Shown: one piece after another, positions 52,757 to 62,790 of the stretch
Position numbering within the stretch: position 1 is the first letter of the stretch
Layout of the letters: each line of letters starts with the position of its first letter
Assembly (NCBI GenBank): GCA_963847705.1
Contig: CAWKBC010000027.1
Location: 32,001 to 96,000 of the forward strand
DNA from: an uncultured Pseudomonadota bacterium
Lineage (GTDB): Bacteria; Myxococcota_A; Polyangia; Fen-1088
Direction: 5' to 3'
Length of the DNA stretch: 64,000 nucleotides
Position numbers and translations under genes: made by a program
The notes under the pieces: model-generated
The model's database searches: none
What the model was told of the DNA's origin: nothing
The model's input: only the letters and a program-made list of their open reading frames with translations

Positions 52757-52954
52757 GTGGACGTCGCCAAGGAGTCGGCCGACATGATCCTCGTCGAGAA
52801 GTTGCTCCGCGTTCTCGACGAGGGTGTGCTCGAAGGCCGCGAGGTGTTCGCCAACATCAGCAAGTACGTCCGCATGGGCGCCTGGAGCAACTTCGGCAAC
52901 ATTTCCAGCGTACGCGGGGCCAGCATCTTCGTGCCCTTGCTGCCGATGGTGCCG
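52757..52954 (+). pseudogene. Degenerate ~200-bp fragment of an mgtA-like gene
   Basis: VDVAKESADMILVEKLLRVLDEGVLEGREVFANISKYVRMG...LPMVP is collinear with 61064-61261. Confidence 0.9.
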
Positions 52955-53035
52955 CTTCGGGGATGGGCTCGCACATCGTTGCGATCGGGAGGGACTGGTG
53001 CTGTCCCGCCGTGGCCAGTATTTCGGCTTCGGTGC

Positions 53036-54031
53036 TCAGGTGACCCTGTTCGCGATGGGGGCGCCTTGTTCGAAAAGGGTGATGTTCTCCAAGGTGGTGA
53101 TCGCGATGTCGCGAAGCGCCTGGGCGGTGAAGAAGGCCTGGTGCCCGGTGATGATGACGTTTGGGAGAGTGAGGAGGCGCGCGAAGATATCGTCTTGCAC
53201 GATGTCCGCTGAATGATCCTCAAAGAAGAGGCGATCTTCTTCCTCGTAGACATCGATCGCGAGCCCGCGGAGGCGCCCCATCTTGAGCGCTTCCACCATG
53301 GCGGCGGTGTCGATGAGGGCGCCCCGACTGGTGTTCACCACCAGGGCATTGGGGCGCATCCTGGCGATGCGGGTGGCATCGAGGAGATGGTGCGTCTCCG
53401 GGGTCAGGGGACAGTGGAGGGTGATCACGTCGGAGGCTCCAAGAAGCTCTTCGAGCGGCACGTACCGGACGCCAAGCTCAGTGCACGCAGGGTCCTGGGC
53501 AATATCGGTGGCCAGCAGCGTGACGCCGAATCCCGAAAGGACGCGTGCCACCGTGGCGCCGATCTTACCGGTCCCGACGATCCCGACCGTGCTTCCGTGA
53601 AGCTCGGTGCCGAGCAGCCCCTCGAGAGAGAAATTGCCGTCGCGAACCCGGTTGAGCGCCCTGTTGATCTTTCGTTCGAAGGTCAGGATCAGAGCCAGGG
53701 TGTGCTCGGCCACGGCGTACGGCGAGTAGCCCGGGACGCGAGCCACCGCGATCCCGCACCGGCGCGCGGCCTCGAGGTCCAGGTTGTTGAATCCAGCGGA
53801 GCGGAGGGCGATGAGACGGGTCCGTCCAGCGGCCAAGGTGGCAAGGACGTTCGCGTCGATCCGGTCGTTGACGAATGCGCACACGGCTGGATAAGTCGCA
53901 CCGATCGAGGCCGTCTCGGACGAAAGACGCGCTTCCAAAAACACCAGCTCGTGTGCCACCGGCGACCGAGCGTTCGCTTCCAGTAAGGATTCTCGATCGT
54001 ATCGCTTCGCGCTGAAAACCCCGACCCTCAT
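53036..54031 (-). CDS. ldhA: NAD-dependent D-lactate (D-2-hydroxyacid) dehydrogenase
   Basis: LRSAGFNN, YSPYAVAEH, GTGKIG, NTSRG, DVYEEE, ITGHQAF. Confidence 0.88.
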   Translation of the reverse strand: MRVGVFSAKRYDRESLLEANARSPVAHELVFLEARLSSETASIGATYPAVCAFVNDRIDANVLATLAAGRTRLIALRSAGFNNLDLEAARRCGIAVARVPGYSPYAVAEHTLALILTFERKINRALNRVRDGNFSLEGLLGTELHGSTVGIVGTGKIGATVARVLSGFGVTLLATDIAQDPACTELGVRYVPLEELLGASDVITLHCPLTPETHHLLDATRIARMRPNALVVNTSRGALIDTAAMVEALKMGRLRGLAIDVYEEEDRLFFEDHSADIVQDDIFARLLTLPNVIITGHQAFFTAQALRDIAITTLENITLFEQGAPIANRVT

Positions 54032-54060
54032 GCGCTGAGCTTACCGTTTTCCCTGGGCGG

Positions 54061-54219
54061 TCACCGCCAGCGCGTACCGGTGGCGATCACTGCCAGGGCT
54101 GCCTCGGCGCAGGGAACTACGTCTGCGTCATATCCAGAAATGCGGGCAATCTCGCAGAGGTTTTCGCCGAGCGAGACATCGTCCTCCACGAACAGGATGC
54201 GGCCCCGGCATGGATCCAA
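54061..54219 (-). pseudogene. Truncated response-regulator receiver domain
   Basis: RILFVEDDVSLGENLCEIARISGY...AEAAL, then a stop before the phospho-Asp strand. Confidence 0.55.
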
Positions 54220-54271
54220 GCCGCGGTGCTCACGAGGTGGCGGGTCGCAGGTCAGCCAGCGCCGCGATCGG

Positions 54272-54772
54272 TCAGGCGTGCGTTTGAATCCGAAGGTGGT
54301 CCGTCACCGAACGTACGCCCCGCGTTCCTCGCACGGCTCCGAGAACGGCTTCCTTCTCCTGCCACGTGTGGACGATCCCTGTGACTTTCACCTCGCCGTC
54401 GGTGGCGTGCAGATCGATGCGTTCGGCTTCGCGCTCCGCATGCCGCTCCAGCGCCTTCTCGACCGCCTTGCGCGCCTCATCGATGTTGACGCGGTCTTTC
54501 GGCTGGACCTCGATCTGGTTGATCACAGCTTTGACGCCGGCGAGCCGTTCGACTGCCCGCTCGGCGTCGACCTTCTGCGTCCAGTAAGTGACCTGGCCTT
54601 CCAGCGTGACGATGCCGTGAGAGACGGTCGTCTTCACCTGCTTCTCGGGGATCAGCGAGTCCCACTCCAGTGCGTGTCTCACAGCTTGCGCGATATCGGT
54701 GTCGGTCTTCGAGATGGTCCCGGGCAGCTTGACGCTGAGATCGTTCGCGACATCCAGGACGCCTACGATCGC
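54272..54772 (-). pseudogene. BON-domain protein, 5'-truncated
   Basis: Two intact BON domains preceded in frame by only the tail of a first BON (GVLDVANDLSVKLP). Confidence 0.7.
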
Positions 54773-54882
54773 GTCACTCGCGCGGAGGATCGGGCGCTGA
54801 GCGCCAAAGCCGATTGCGTCCGCGCCGCTCTTGGAGCTGTACTTCCAGAGCCTTCAGGGGACCCGAAAACCCGCCTCTAGCA

Positions 54883-55500
54883 TCATTTGGCCTCCGCCGA
54901 CTTGGCTCGAGCGTCCTCGCGCTGTTCGTAAAGGTGCTCCCGATAGTCGGAAGCGATCTCTCGCGCTTTTGTTTGTTGCGCTTCGGTGAACGCGCTCTCG
55001 ACGTCAAGATAGGCCTTCGTGTCATTTTCATCCAAGCGGTCCTCGAGCGTTGCCGTGCGATCGGCCTGCTTTCCGCCACCGGATCCCGAAGCGGGAGATC
55101 GGCCACCCATTCTCCCACCGTGCATGCCACCGCCGCGCATGCCGCCTCCCATCCCACCCCCCTGCATGCCCTGAGGGGCCCCGCTGCTGCCGGAGCGGGT
55201 ACCACTCGATGAGACCGACTGCCCCTTCTGGCTCCTCTTTTCCATCTCCTCCCGAACGACCGCGTCCTCTTTTTCCCGCTCTTGGTCCCTCTGCTCCATC
55301 TCGCTGACTTGGTCGTCCGTGAGCCCGAGCTCTGCTCGGTGAAGGACCACTGCGGCGATGGAGGATCGCGGCAAGGGCGGCAGAGGTATTGGAATGGCCC
55401 GAACAGCAGGTGCAATAGGCTGCGGGGGCGGTGGCTCACTGGCGCACGCCATCTGGGACATAATCAACGCGAGGAAGAAGCCGAGGCGAGTAGTCCGCAT
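54883..55500 (-). CDS. Hypothetical lipoprotein (Spy/CpxP-like helices)
   Basis: Lipobox-like QMAC; ELGLTDDQ and FTEAQ motifs; Gly/Met-rich linker. Confidence 0.6.
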   Translation of the reverse strand: MRTTRLGFFLALIMSQMACASEPPPPQPIAPAVRAIPIPLPPLPRSSIAAVVLHRAELGLTDDQVSEMEQRDQEREKEDAVVREEMEKRSQKGQSVSSSGTRSGSSGAPQGMQGGGMGGGMRGGGMHGGRMGGRSPASGSGGGKQADRTATLEDRLDENDTKAYLDVESAFTEAQQTKAREIASDYREHLYEQREDARAKSAEAK

Positions 55501-55649
55501 ATTCCAGGTCTGGCCTTGGATTGGTTATGGGGGTTGCCTCGGCTCCGGCGAAGTGAGCCCAACCCGATCCTTGGATTTATTGCCCAGTGTCTTTGCGCAC
55601 AAATGCAGAGCGCATCGATGGCGGCGACGCCGCCCCTGGTCTGCCGTTT

Positions 55650-55883
55650 TCAACCGGCGAGCAAATCGCCGTTATCTGCCGCCGGGGCCGCCACGGTTCG
55701 TTTCGCCTTGCTGGAGAGTCCGCCTTTCCGGCCGGCGACCCGGGCGGCGGCCGAATCCCATTCGTGGGCCGAGCCCTTGAGGTGGGCCAATACGCCCCCC
55801 TTGCGGCTGATTGCGCTGCGCGCTTCCGGGGTGAGGGCGGCAAAACCACGTGGTTTCCTGAGTGCATTTACATCAGAGTTCAT
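55650..55883 (-). CDS. KGG-repeat general stress protein
   Basis: RGFAAL...ISRKGG...AHEWDS..ARVAGRKGG. Confidence 0.85.
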   Translation of the reverse strand: MNSDVNALRKPRGFAALTPEARSAISRKGGVLAHLKGSAHEWDSAAARVAGRKGGLSSKAKRTVAAPAADNGDLLAG

Positions 55884-56149
55884 TGCTTCACTTCCTGCTT
55901 CGTCTTCCGGTCGAGATCGTGGGACGCGACAGGGCCTTCGGGCCCTTCGTCTCTCCGTGCGTAAACCGGATCTGAGCACGCGGAGCGCGCCATGCGCGCA
56001 TTCCGGATCAACTTCATGTTTGTTGTGACACGGCCATTCGACTTTGCAAGGACCGCGCGTCCGCGACCTTGGTCGGCTGATCGTGGGGGCGATCGGGTCA
56101 CTCGTTCGTGTGGGACGACCTCACCTGGAAGGAGCTCCCGCGGGTCTGG

Positions 56150-56910
56150 TCAGCGATGGTTTCCATCTGACGCAACCTTGGATGGACTTCGGTCTCGCGG
56201 CGGCCTCAGAGGACCAGAGTCGGTGGCAGGATCCTCACGGCCGGTTCGTGCGTCCCCCGCGATCGGTGCCAGGGTCTCGCTGGCCACCATGACCGCATTA
56301 CCACCCCGTCGCTTGGCGTCGTAAAGTGCAGTGTCCGCGGCCTCGACGAGCTGAGCGGGGTCGGCCGTCCGGCTTGAGGCCGAGGCGACGCCGAACGAGG
56401 CGGTGACCACAATGGCCTCGCCGTGAAAGCGCGTAGGCTGATCTTCGATCCGAGCGCGAGCCCGTTCCGCCCATGCCGAGGCGTCGGCCGCTCCGGTGTG
56501 CGGCAGGATTGCCGCCAGCTCTTCGCCACCGTAGCGCGCGATCACGTCGCCAGCTCGCTTCCCGCTCTCGAGCAAGGCGGCGACGTGCCGGAGTACCTCA
56601 TCTCCGGCCAGGTGCCCGTGGCGATCGTTCACCGTCTTGAAGCGATCGAGGTCGATCATGACGAGGGTGCAGGGGACGCCATATCGCCGAGTCCGGACCA
56701 ACTCCATGTTCAGCCGCTCATCGAAGCTTCGCGACGACCGATCAGCCTGCCGACGATGGCAAAGATCGCCATGCCTCCAACCGCGAGGGCCAGGGAAAGG
56801 CGAAAGGGATCGAACCTGTGCCCGGTGGCTGTCGCACGAATGAAGAGGCCGACCGGAGCCAGGAGTCCGGCAGAGGCTCCCAGCAACGTGTAGCGGGTCG
56901 AGATCTTCAC
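56150..56910 (-). pseudogene. Membrane-anchored diguanylate cyclase with internal deletion/frameshift
   Basis: Two-TM N-part (56710-56910) is out of frame with the GGEEL domain (IDLDRFKTVND.HGH..GD, ARYGGEEL); the DxLTGLxN lead-in is missing. Confidence 0.75.
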
Positions 56911-56951
56911 GGGTCGCCTCTGCTATCTGCGGTCCGTAGGTCCTTGCTGCA

Positions 56952-57320
56952 CTAAACCGTCGCCGACAGCAGTGAGAGCAAGGTCTCTGCCCGGTCGCTG
57001 AAACCGGGGACGTCGGGCGTCACGTGCCGCGATGCGCTCGCCAACTGGTCTACGAGCTGTGACAGCACGCCGGCGTTGCGCCGACCGACCGCGAGCACCC
57101 CGCGCCCGGTCTGCTGCCGGAAGAAGGCGACGACCTTCTCCATCGTGTAGCGCCTCCCGGCACCCGTCTGCTGCTCCATGTCTCCGATCATCTCCCGGAT
57201 GACCGGGAGCTGGCGTCGCAACAACGAGCGTGCTTCCTCGTGAGCGCCGACGGGAGCCAGCAAGACTGCGGGCATCGGGGCCGAGCCCTCGTATTCGGCG
57301 TGCCGGATCGATTCGCTCAT
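56952..57320 (-). CDS. Hypothetical protein
   Basis: AGGAG Shine-Dalgarno and an upstream sigma54-like motif. Confidence 0.5.
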   Translation of the reverse strand: MSESIRHAEYEGSAPMPAVLLAPVGAHEEARSLLRRQLPVIREMIGDMEQQTGAGRRYTMEKVVAFFRQQTGRGVLAVGRRNAGVLSQLVDQLASASRHVTPDVPGFSDRAETLLSLLSATV

Positions 57321-57362
57321 CGTGATCTCCTGCTGTCGTCGTCAGGGAGCGGAGCAGGAGTT

Positions 57363-57378
57363 TGCAATAAACGTGCCC
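57363..57378 (-). promoter_or_regulatory. Putative sigma54 promoter
   Basis: GGGCACG-TTTA-TTGCA. Confidence 0.55.
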
Positions 57379-57563
57379 AGGTTCTGCCGCCAGGAGACTC
57401 AGGACCAATCGAAACGGATTCGCGCGAACTTTGCGCAGGCTCGGAGTTGAGCTGCAAGGGCTGCGCGATCGTCTGGCGGTGGCCCAGGAGAGGACACCTC
57501 GGTCAGTCGGTTGCGCCCTGCCGGGTTGTCTGCGAGGCTCGCAGCGACTGGGAGGAATGCTCG

Positions 57564-58088
57564 ATGAACTCGGAATGGCATGAGCGACATGTCCTGCCGA
57601 GGGGGGCGTCCCGTGAACAACGGATCGTCTGGCATCGCGAGCACCAGGAGCAGTGTGCCTGCCGTCCGATTCCTGCGAAGCTCCAGGAGGAGATGGCGGA
57701 CCTCCCCAACAGGAGGAGGGAGACCACGATCGATGCGTATCTGGCCAAGGTCAGCGCGAAAAATCGAGGCCTCCTCCGGCAGGTGCGCAAGACGATCCAT
57801 GCCACCGTTCCCGGTGTCGAAGAGTGCATCAGCTACCGCCTTCCCGCGTTCCGCCTGCATGGCAAGATCGTCGCTGGATTCTCGGCGACCTCCAAGGGCT
57901 GTTCCTACTACCCGTTCAGCGGGACGACGCTCAAGACGCTGGCGGCCGATATAGAGGGGTACAGCCACACGAAGAGCGCCCTCCACTTCGGCCCCGACAG
58001 GCTGCTGCCGACGTCACTCATTCGCAAGCTGCTCAGGGCGCGCATCGCCGAGACCCGACGCCACGCTCCGCGAACCAGTGAGCGCTGA
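57564..58088 (+). CDS. DUF1801/YdhG-family protein with His/Cys-rich N-terminal extension
   Basis: GGAGG Shine-Dalgarno; TIDAYL...EECISYRLPAF...LHF; N-terminal WHERH...WHREH...CACRP. Confidence 0.75.
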   Translation: MNSEWHERHVLPRGASREQRIVWHREHQEQCACRPIPAKLQEEMADLPNRRRETTIDAYLAKVSAKNRGLLRQVRKTIHATVPGVEECISYRLPAFRLHGKIVAGFSATSKGCSYYPFSGTTLKTLAADIEGYSHTKSALHFGPDRLLPTSLIRKLLRARIAETRRHAPRTSER

Positions 58089-58380
58089 TAGATTCCGGCA
58101 CAGATCGGCCCGCGTCGACCAAGATAGCCTCCACGTCGTGGTGGTCGTCGACGTCGCCATGCAGGCAGGTAGCGCAAACAAAGGGACAGCGATGCACAAG
58201 TACCTTTCAGTCGAGCTCCGTATCGAGCCTCCGTCGCGCCACAGACACCAAGCATCGTTCGTGCCGGATACGCAGCCCCCCAGTCGCGAGGTCAGGGTGG
58301 AGCGCAGCGCGCCAAGCGACCGGTTTGCGGAGCCTGCTCTCCGCAGTATTTGCGCGAGAGATGCGGCTTGGGCGCAGCAA

Positions 58381-59007
58381 TCACGCGCCCCTAGATCCCG
58401 CGTCGGTCCGCCAGCAGAGCACCTTTGGATCCTTCCGCGAGGTGGCCGGCGTTTCGCCGCTCGGTAGGCCGACGACGATCGGAGCGACGACTTGGATCTC
58501 AGGCGGGATCCCCAGCTCCGCCTTGACGTCCGGACGGTTGAGCACCGGCACTGCGAACCCGATGCAGCAGGTGCCGAGGCCCATCGCACAGGCCGCGAGC
58601 ATGAGATTCTCGGCGGCCAGCCAACAGTCAGCAGTCGCGAAAGTGGCCGACGGCGCGCAGATCGCGATGAGCGTCCCCGCATCGTGAAAAATGTTGAAAT
58701 CGGGGTGCGAGAAGAGCGCGGCAGCCCGGGCGGTCGAGCCGGCTGCCGGGTGGGCGAGCGCGTGCGGCTGGTCGGGTTCGGCGGTCCAGCCCTCCTTCGC
58801 CAGGTCGGAATACCGGCGGAGAAGAGCTCGATCTCGCACCACCGCGAAGGCCCACGGCTCCGCGTGCATCGCGGTCGGCGAGCGCACGGCCATTGTGAGC
58901 AGCTCGCGCACAGTTTCTTCACCGACTGCGTCGGGGCGATAGGCTCGCACGGCTCGACGCTTGGCGATGGCTTCGAAAACGGTCATCAGTCTGGCGGCGT
59001 TGGACAT
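58381..59007 (-). CDS. Nitroreductase family protein
   Basis: AIAKRRAVRAY, SPTAMHAEPW, AAENLMLAA..GLGTC. Start at 59007 or 58986. Confidence 0.88.
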   Translation of the reverse strand: MSNAARLMTVFEAIAKRRAVRAYRPDAVGEETVRELLTMAVRSPTAMHAEPWAFAVVRDRALLRRYSDLAKEGWTAEPDQPHALAHPAAGSTARAAALFSHPDFNIFHDAGTLIAICAPSATFATADCWLAAENLMLAACAMGLGTCCIGFAVPVLNRPDVKAELGIPPEIQVVAPIVVGLPSGETPATSRKDPKVLCWRTDAGSRGA

Positions 59008-59019
59008 GACCATCGCTGG

Positions 59020-59080
59020 TGCAAGCAGGCGGCCAATTCCGCGCGGCACAACCCGGTGAGGCGATGGCACGAGATCTGCT
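59020..59080. promoter_or_regulatory. Back-to-back putative sigma54 promoters
   Basis: Minus strand TGGCCGC-CTGC-TTGCA (59020-59035); plus strand TGGCACG-AGAT-CTGCT (59065-59080). Confidence 0.55.
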
Positions 59081-59140
59081 CCGTTCGACTCGGAGAGAGA
59101 CAGATGATGCTGTGGACGCTGACTCCGATATAAGGACGTC

Positions 59141-61795
59141 ATGAGCAACGTTCTTCCGAAGCGTGTGCTCGCTGGTCACGAGAAGCACGCGATCCGGGTA
59201 TCGCCGCTGGTCATCGAGGCCGCCGCGCTGGACGCGGCGGGTGTCTATGCACGTCTGGTGACGCGTGCCGAGGGGCTGACCTCCGAACAGGCGGCCGTCC
59301 GGCTCGCCGAGCACGGCCCAAACAGCCTGGCGCGGGATCAACGTCCCGGCTTCGCGCTGATGTTGTGGCGTTCGATCCTCAATCCGCTGGTGGTCCTGCT
59401 GGCGGTGCTGGCGACCGTGTCCTTCTCGACCGGGGATCCGCGGGCAGGGACGGTGATGGTTCTCATGATCGTCCTCAGCGTTGGACTGAGGCTGTATCAG
59501 GAGGCGAAGGCCGACAGCGCAGCCGCCAAGCTCAAGGCAATGATCTCCGTTAGTGCGACGGCGCTGCGCGACGGCAGTCCCCAGGAGGTCCCACTGGCGC
59601 ACCTGGTTCCTGGCGACGTGGTCCAGTTGGCGGCGGGCGACATGATCCCGGGCGACGTGCGGCTCATCCAGGCCAAGGACCTGTTCGTGAGCCAAGGATC
59701 GCTGACGGGAGAGAGCTTCCCTATCGAGAAGCACACCGTGGAGACCGCAGGCGCGGCGGTGGCCCCTCTCGATTTGCCCACCATCGCCTTTCTCGGCACC
59801 AGCGTGGAGAGCGGAGCAGCCACCGCGGTCGTCGTGGCCACCGGCAAGGAGACCTACCTCGGTGGAATGGCCGAATCGCTCTCGGTCCAACCGCCCCAGA
59901 CCGCTTTCGATCGAGACATCTCCAGGTTCACCTGGCTGCTCTTGCGCTTCATGTTCGTGATGGTCCCGCTGGTGTTCGTCATCAACGGTCTGACCAAGGG
60001 CAGCTGGACCCAGGCGTTCTTCTTCGCCGTGGCCGTCGCGGTGGGCCTGACGCCCGAGATGCTCCCCATGATCGTGACGGTCTGCCTGTCGAAAGGCGCG
60101 GTCGCGATGGGCAAGAAGAAGGTCATCGTCAAACGCCTCAACGCCATTCAGAACCTCGGCGCGATGGATGTCCTGTGCACCGACAAGACCGGCACCTTGA
60201 CGATGGATAAAGTGAGTCTGGAACGCTACTGCGACGTCATGCTGCAAGAGAGCGACGAGGTGCTTGCCCTCGCCTACACCAACAGCAACTTCCAGACTGG
60301 CCTCAAGAACGTTCTCGATCGCGCCGTCTTGGCGCACGAAGAAACGCACGCGCGGGCGCGGATTCCGGAGGTCGTCAAGATCGACGAGATTCCGTTCGAC
60401 TTCGACCGGCGGATGATGTCGGTGGTGGTCCGAACACCCGAGGGGATGGACCTCATCATCTCCAAAGGCGCACCCGAGGCGATCTTCGCGCGGTGCGCGA
60501 GCTACCAGCTCGCCGGTAAGGTGCTGACGATGGACCACGGGCGTATCGCGGAGCTGAAGGCCGAGTACGAAAGGCTGAACGGCGACGGCTTTCGCGTGTT
60601 GGCGATCGCCACGAAACGGTCGCCGCCGAAAGGGGCGGGCCCCGACAACACGACTCCCTATGGCAAGGCCGACGAATCAGACTTGATCCTCCAGGGCTAC
60701 GTGGCGTTCCTCGATCCGCCCAAGGACACCTGCACGGTCGCGATCTCCGACCTGCAGCGGCACGGCGTCGTGGTCAAGGTGATCACGGGGGACAACGAGA
60801 TCGTCGCCCGGAAGATCTGTACGGAGGTGGGGCTGACGGTCGGCGTCGCGCTGATCGGCGCCGACGTCGAACGGATGACCGAGGCCGAGCTCGCCGACTC
60901 CGCCGAGGCGACCACGCTCTTTGCCCGGGTCTCGCCGGCGCACAAGCAGAGGATCGTCAAGGCCCTGCAATCACGCCAGCACATCGTGGGCTTCATGGGC
61001 GACGGCATCAACGATGCGCCGGCGCTCCACACGGCGGACGTGGGGATCAGCGTCGACACCGCGGTCGACGTCGCCAAGGAGTCCGCCGACATGATCCTGC
61101 TGGAGAAGTCGCTGCGTGTTCTCGACGAGGGCGTGCTCGAAGGCCGCAAGGTGTTCGCCAACATCAGCAAGTACGTCCGGATGGGCGCCTCGAGCAACTT
61201 CGGCAACATGTTCAGCGTGCTGGGGGCCAGCATCTTCGTCCCGTTCCTGCCGATGGTGCCGATCCAGATTCTGACCAACAACCTGCTCTATGACCTCAGC
61301 CAGACGACCATCCCCACCGACGCTGTCGACGCCGAGCAGATCGAGCGCCCCAAGCCATGGAACATCAAGGCTCTGACCCGGTTCATTCTCTTCATCGGTC
61401 CGTGCTCGTCGATCTTCGACTACACGACCTATCTGATGATGCTGTATCTGTTCGGGTGCTGGAACACCTCGACCCCTGCCCAGACCGCCCACAGCGCGAG
61501 CCTGTTCCAGACCGGGTGGTTCGTCGAGTCGCTGCTCACCCAGACACTCATCATCCACGTCATTCGCACCAACAAGATCCCATTCTTTCAGAGCCGCGCC
61601 TCGTGGCCGGTCTTTGGGATGGGTCTCCTCATCATTGCGCTCGGCGCGGGGCTGGTTCTGTCACGCGCCGGACGCTACCTGGGATTCACTGACCTCCCCG
61701 GGCTCTATTGGCCTCTGCTGGGGCTGACGCTCGTCTGCTACCTGGCGTTGACTCAGGGGGTGAAGGTCTGGCTGTTGCGGAGACGCTGGATCTGA
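59141..61795 (+). CDS. mgtA: Magnesium-translocating P-type ATPase
   Basis: LTGES, LTPEMLP, DKTGTLT, GDGINDAP, ASSNFGN, NNLLYD, FQTGWFVES. Confidence 0.95.
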   Translation: MSNVLPKRVLAGHEKHAIRVSPLVIEAAALDAAGVYARLVTRAEGLTSEQAAVRLAEHGPNSLARDQRPGFALMLWRSILNPLVVLLAVLATVSFSTGDPRAGTVMVLMIVLSVGLRLYQEAKADSAAAKLKAMISVSATALRDGSPQEVPLAHLVPGDVVQLAAGDMIPGDVRLIQAKDLFVSQGSLTGESFPIEKHTVETAGAAVAPLDLPTIAFLGTSVESGAATAVVVATGKETYLGGMAESLSVQPPQTAFDRDISRFTWLLLRFMFVMVPLVFVINGLTKGSWTQAFFFAVAVAVGLTPEMLPMIVTVCLSKGAVAMGKKKVIVKRLNAIQNLGAMDVLCTDKTGTLTMDKVSLERYCDVMLQESDEVLALAYTNSNFQTGLKNVLDRAVLAHEETHARARIPEVVKIDEIPFDFDRRMMSVVVRTPEGMDLIISKGAPEAIFARCASYQLAGKVLTMDHGRIAELKAEYERLNGDGFRVLAIATKRSPPKGAGPDNTTPYGKADESDLILQGYVAFLDPPKDTCTVAISDLQRHGVVVKVITGDNEIVARKICTEVGLTVGVALIGADVERMTEAELADSAEATTLFARVSPAHKQRIVKALQSRQHIVGFMGDGINDAPALHTADVGISVDTAVDVAKESADMILLEKSLRVLDEGVLEGRKVFANISKYVRMGASSNFGNMFSVLGASIFVPFLPMVPIQILTNNLLYDLSQTTIPTDAVDAEQIERPKPWNIKALTRFILFIGPCSSIFDYTTYLMMLYLFGCWNTSTPAQTAHSASLFQTGWFVESLLTQTLIIHVIRTNKIPFFQSRASWPVFGMGLLIIALGAGLVLSRAGRYLGFTDLPGLYWPLLGLTLVCYLALTQGVKVWLLRRRWI

Positions 61796-61899
61796 CGCAT
61801 CCGCGATAGGCCGCCAGGATGGCGGCCGTCAGTGCGCGGCAACGTGCGGTATGCAGGATTGTTCGAACCTACGGGCGAGTGCCGCCGCCTCTTGGTCGA

Positions 61900-62790
61900 C
61901 CTTCTCGACGAAAGAGGCGTATCGCTCGTAGAGGCCAGCAGCGTCGTCGCACGGGCGGTGTGCAGGTGGTCGTCGGCGTGACCGACGCCCTCTCGATGCC
62001 GTCGTTCCAATCGATCGTCCCTTCGATTGTCAGTCACGAGCAGATCAGCGCCGGCCTGGCGCTGAACTCCACGCAGTTCAACCTCTCGCGGGTGCTCGGA
62101 CCAGCGCTCGCGGGCGTGCTGATGGTCAGCTTCGGTGCGATGGGCTGCTTCGTGGTCAGTACCGCGTCCTACATACCTTTCATCGCAGTCGCGCTCTGGA
62201 TCCTGCCGCGCTGGAGCTCCGCGCCTGCCCATGTCGCTTCGGTCGGCGGGCGGCGTCTCTTCGCAGGGATAGGGCATGTGCTGCGCGAGCGATACCTGCT
62301 TGGAGCCCTCCTGACCGTCCTCGTCACCAGTGTGCTCTGTGCACCGCTCATTACTTTTAGCCCGGTGCTGGTCAAGGACGTCTTTCACGCCGATGCCGGC
62401 CACTTTTCGACAGCAGTCGCGTCGTTCGGGGTGGGAGGGCTGCTGGGAGCATTCGGGCTCCTCGCGGGCGCGCCCCAAAAGAGCACACGCTGGCTGAGCT
62501 CCATGTGCGCGGTGAGTTACGGCGTGGTTCTGGTGCTCGCCGGCCTGAACAGGTGGTTCGTGATGTTGCCTCCTCTGCTCGTTCTCGCGGGCGCTTCGAT
62601 GACGGCCAGCAACACGGCCGCCAACTCGCTCCTCCAGGCGGCTGCCAGCCGCGACTGCTCGGACAGACGGTCAGCCTTTACATGTTGGCGATGCGAGGCG
62701 GCCTCTCCCTCGGTGCCTTGCTGATGGGCTGGCTATCCAACGTCTTCGAGATAAGACGCGCTCTGGTTCTGAATGGGATCGTTGCCCGCC
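61900..62790 (+). pseudogene. MFS transporter remnant (5'-truncated, frameshift near 62650, 3' end lost)
   Basis: ALNSTQFNLSRVLGPALAG; continues in another frame as LGQTVSLYMLAMRGG. Boundaries approximate. Confidence 0.7.

Noticed and set aside
58085-58215. Lipoprotein-like fragment on the minus strand (LFALPACMATSTTTTTW)
   Set aside because: No clear start and too short to support; possibly a remnant.
59058-59115. Fluoride riboswitch (GGCGATGG...GATGATG)
   Set aside because: The P1 complement TCGCC is missing; the segment fits a sigma54 promoter better.
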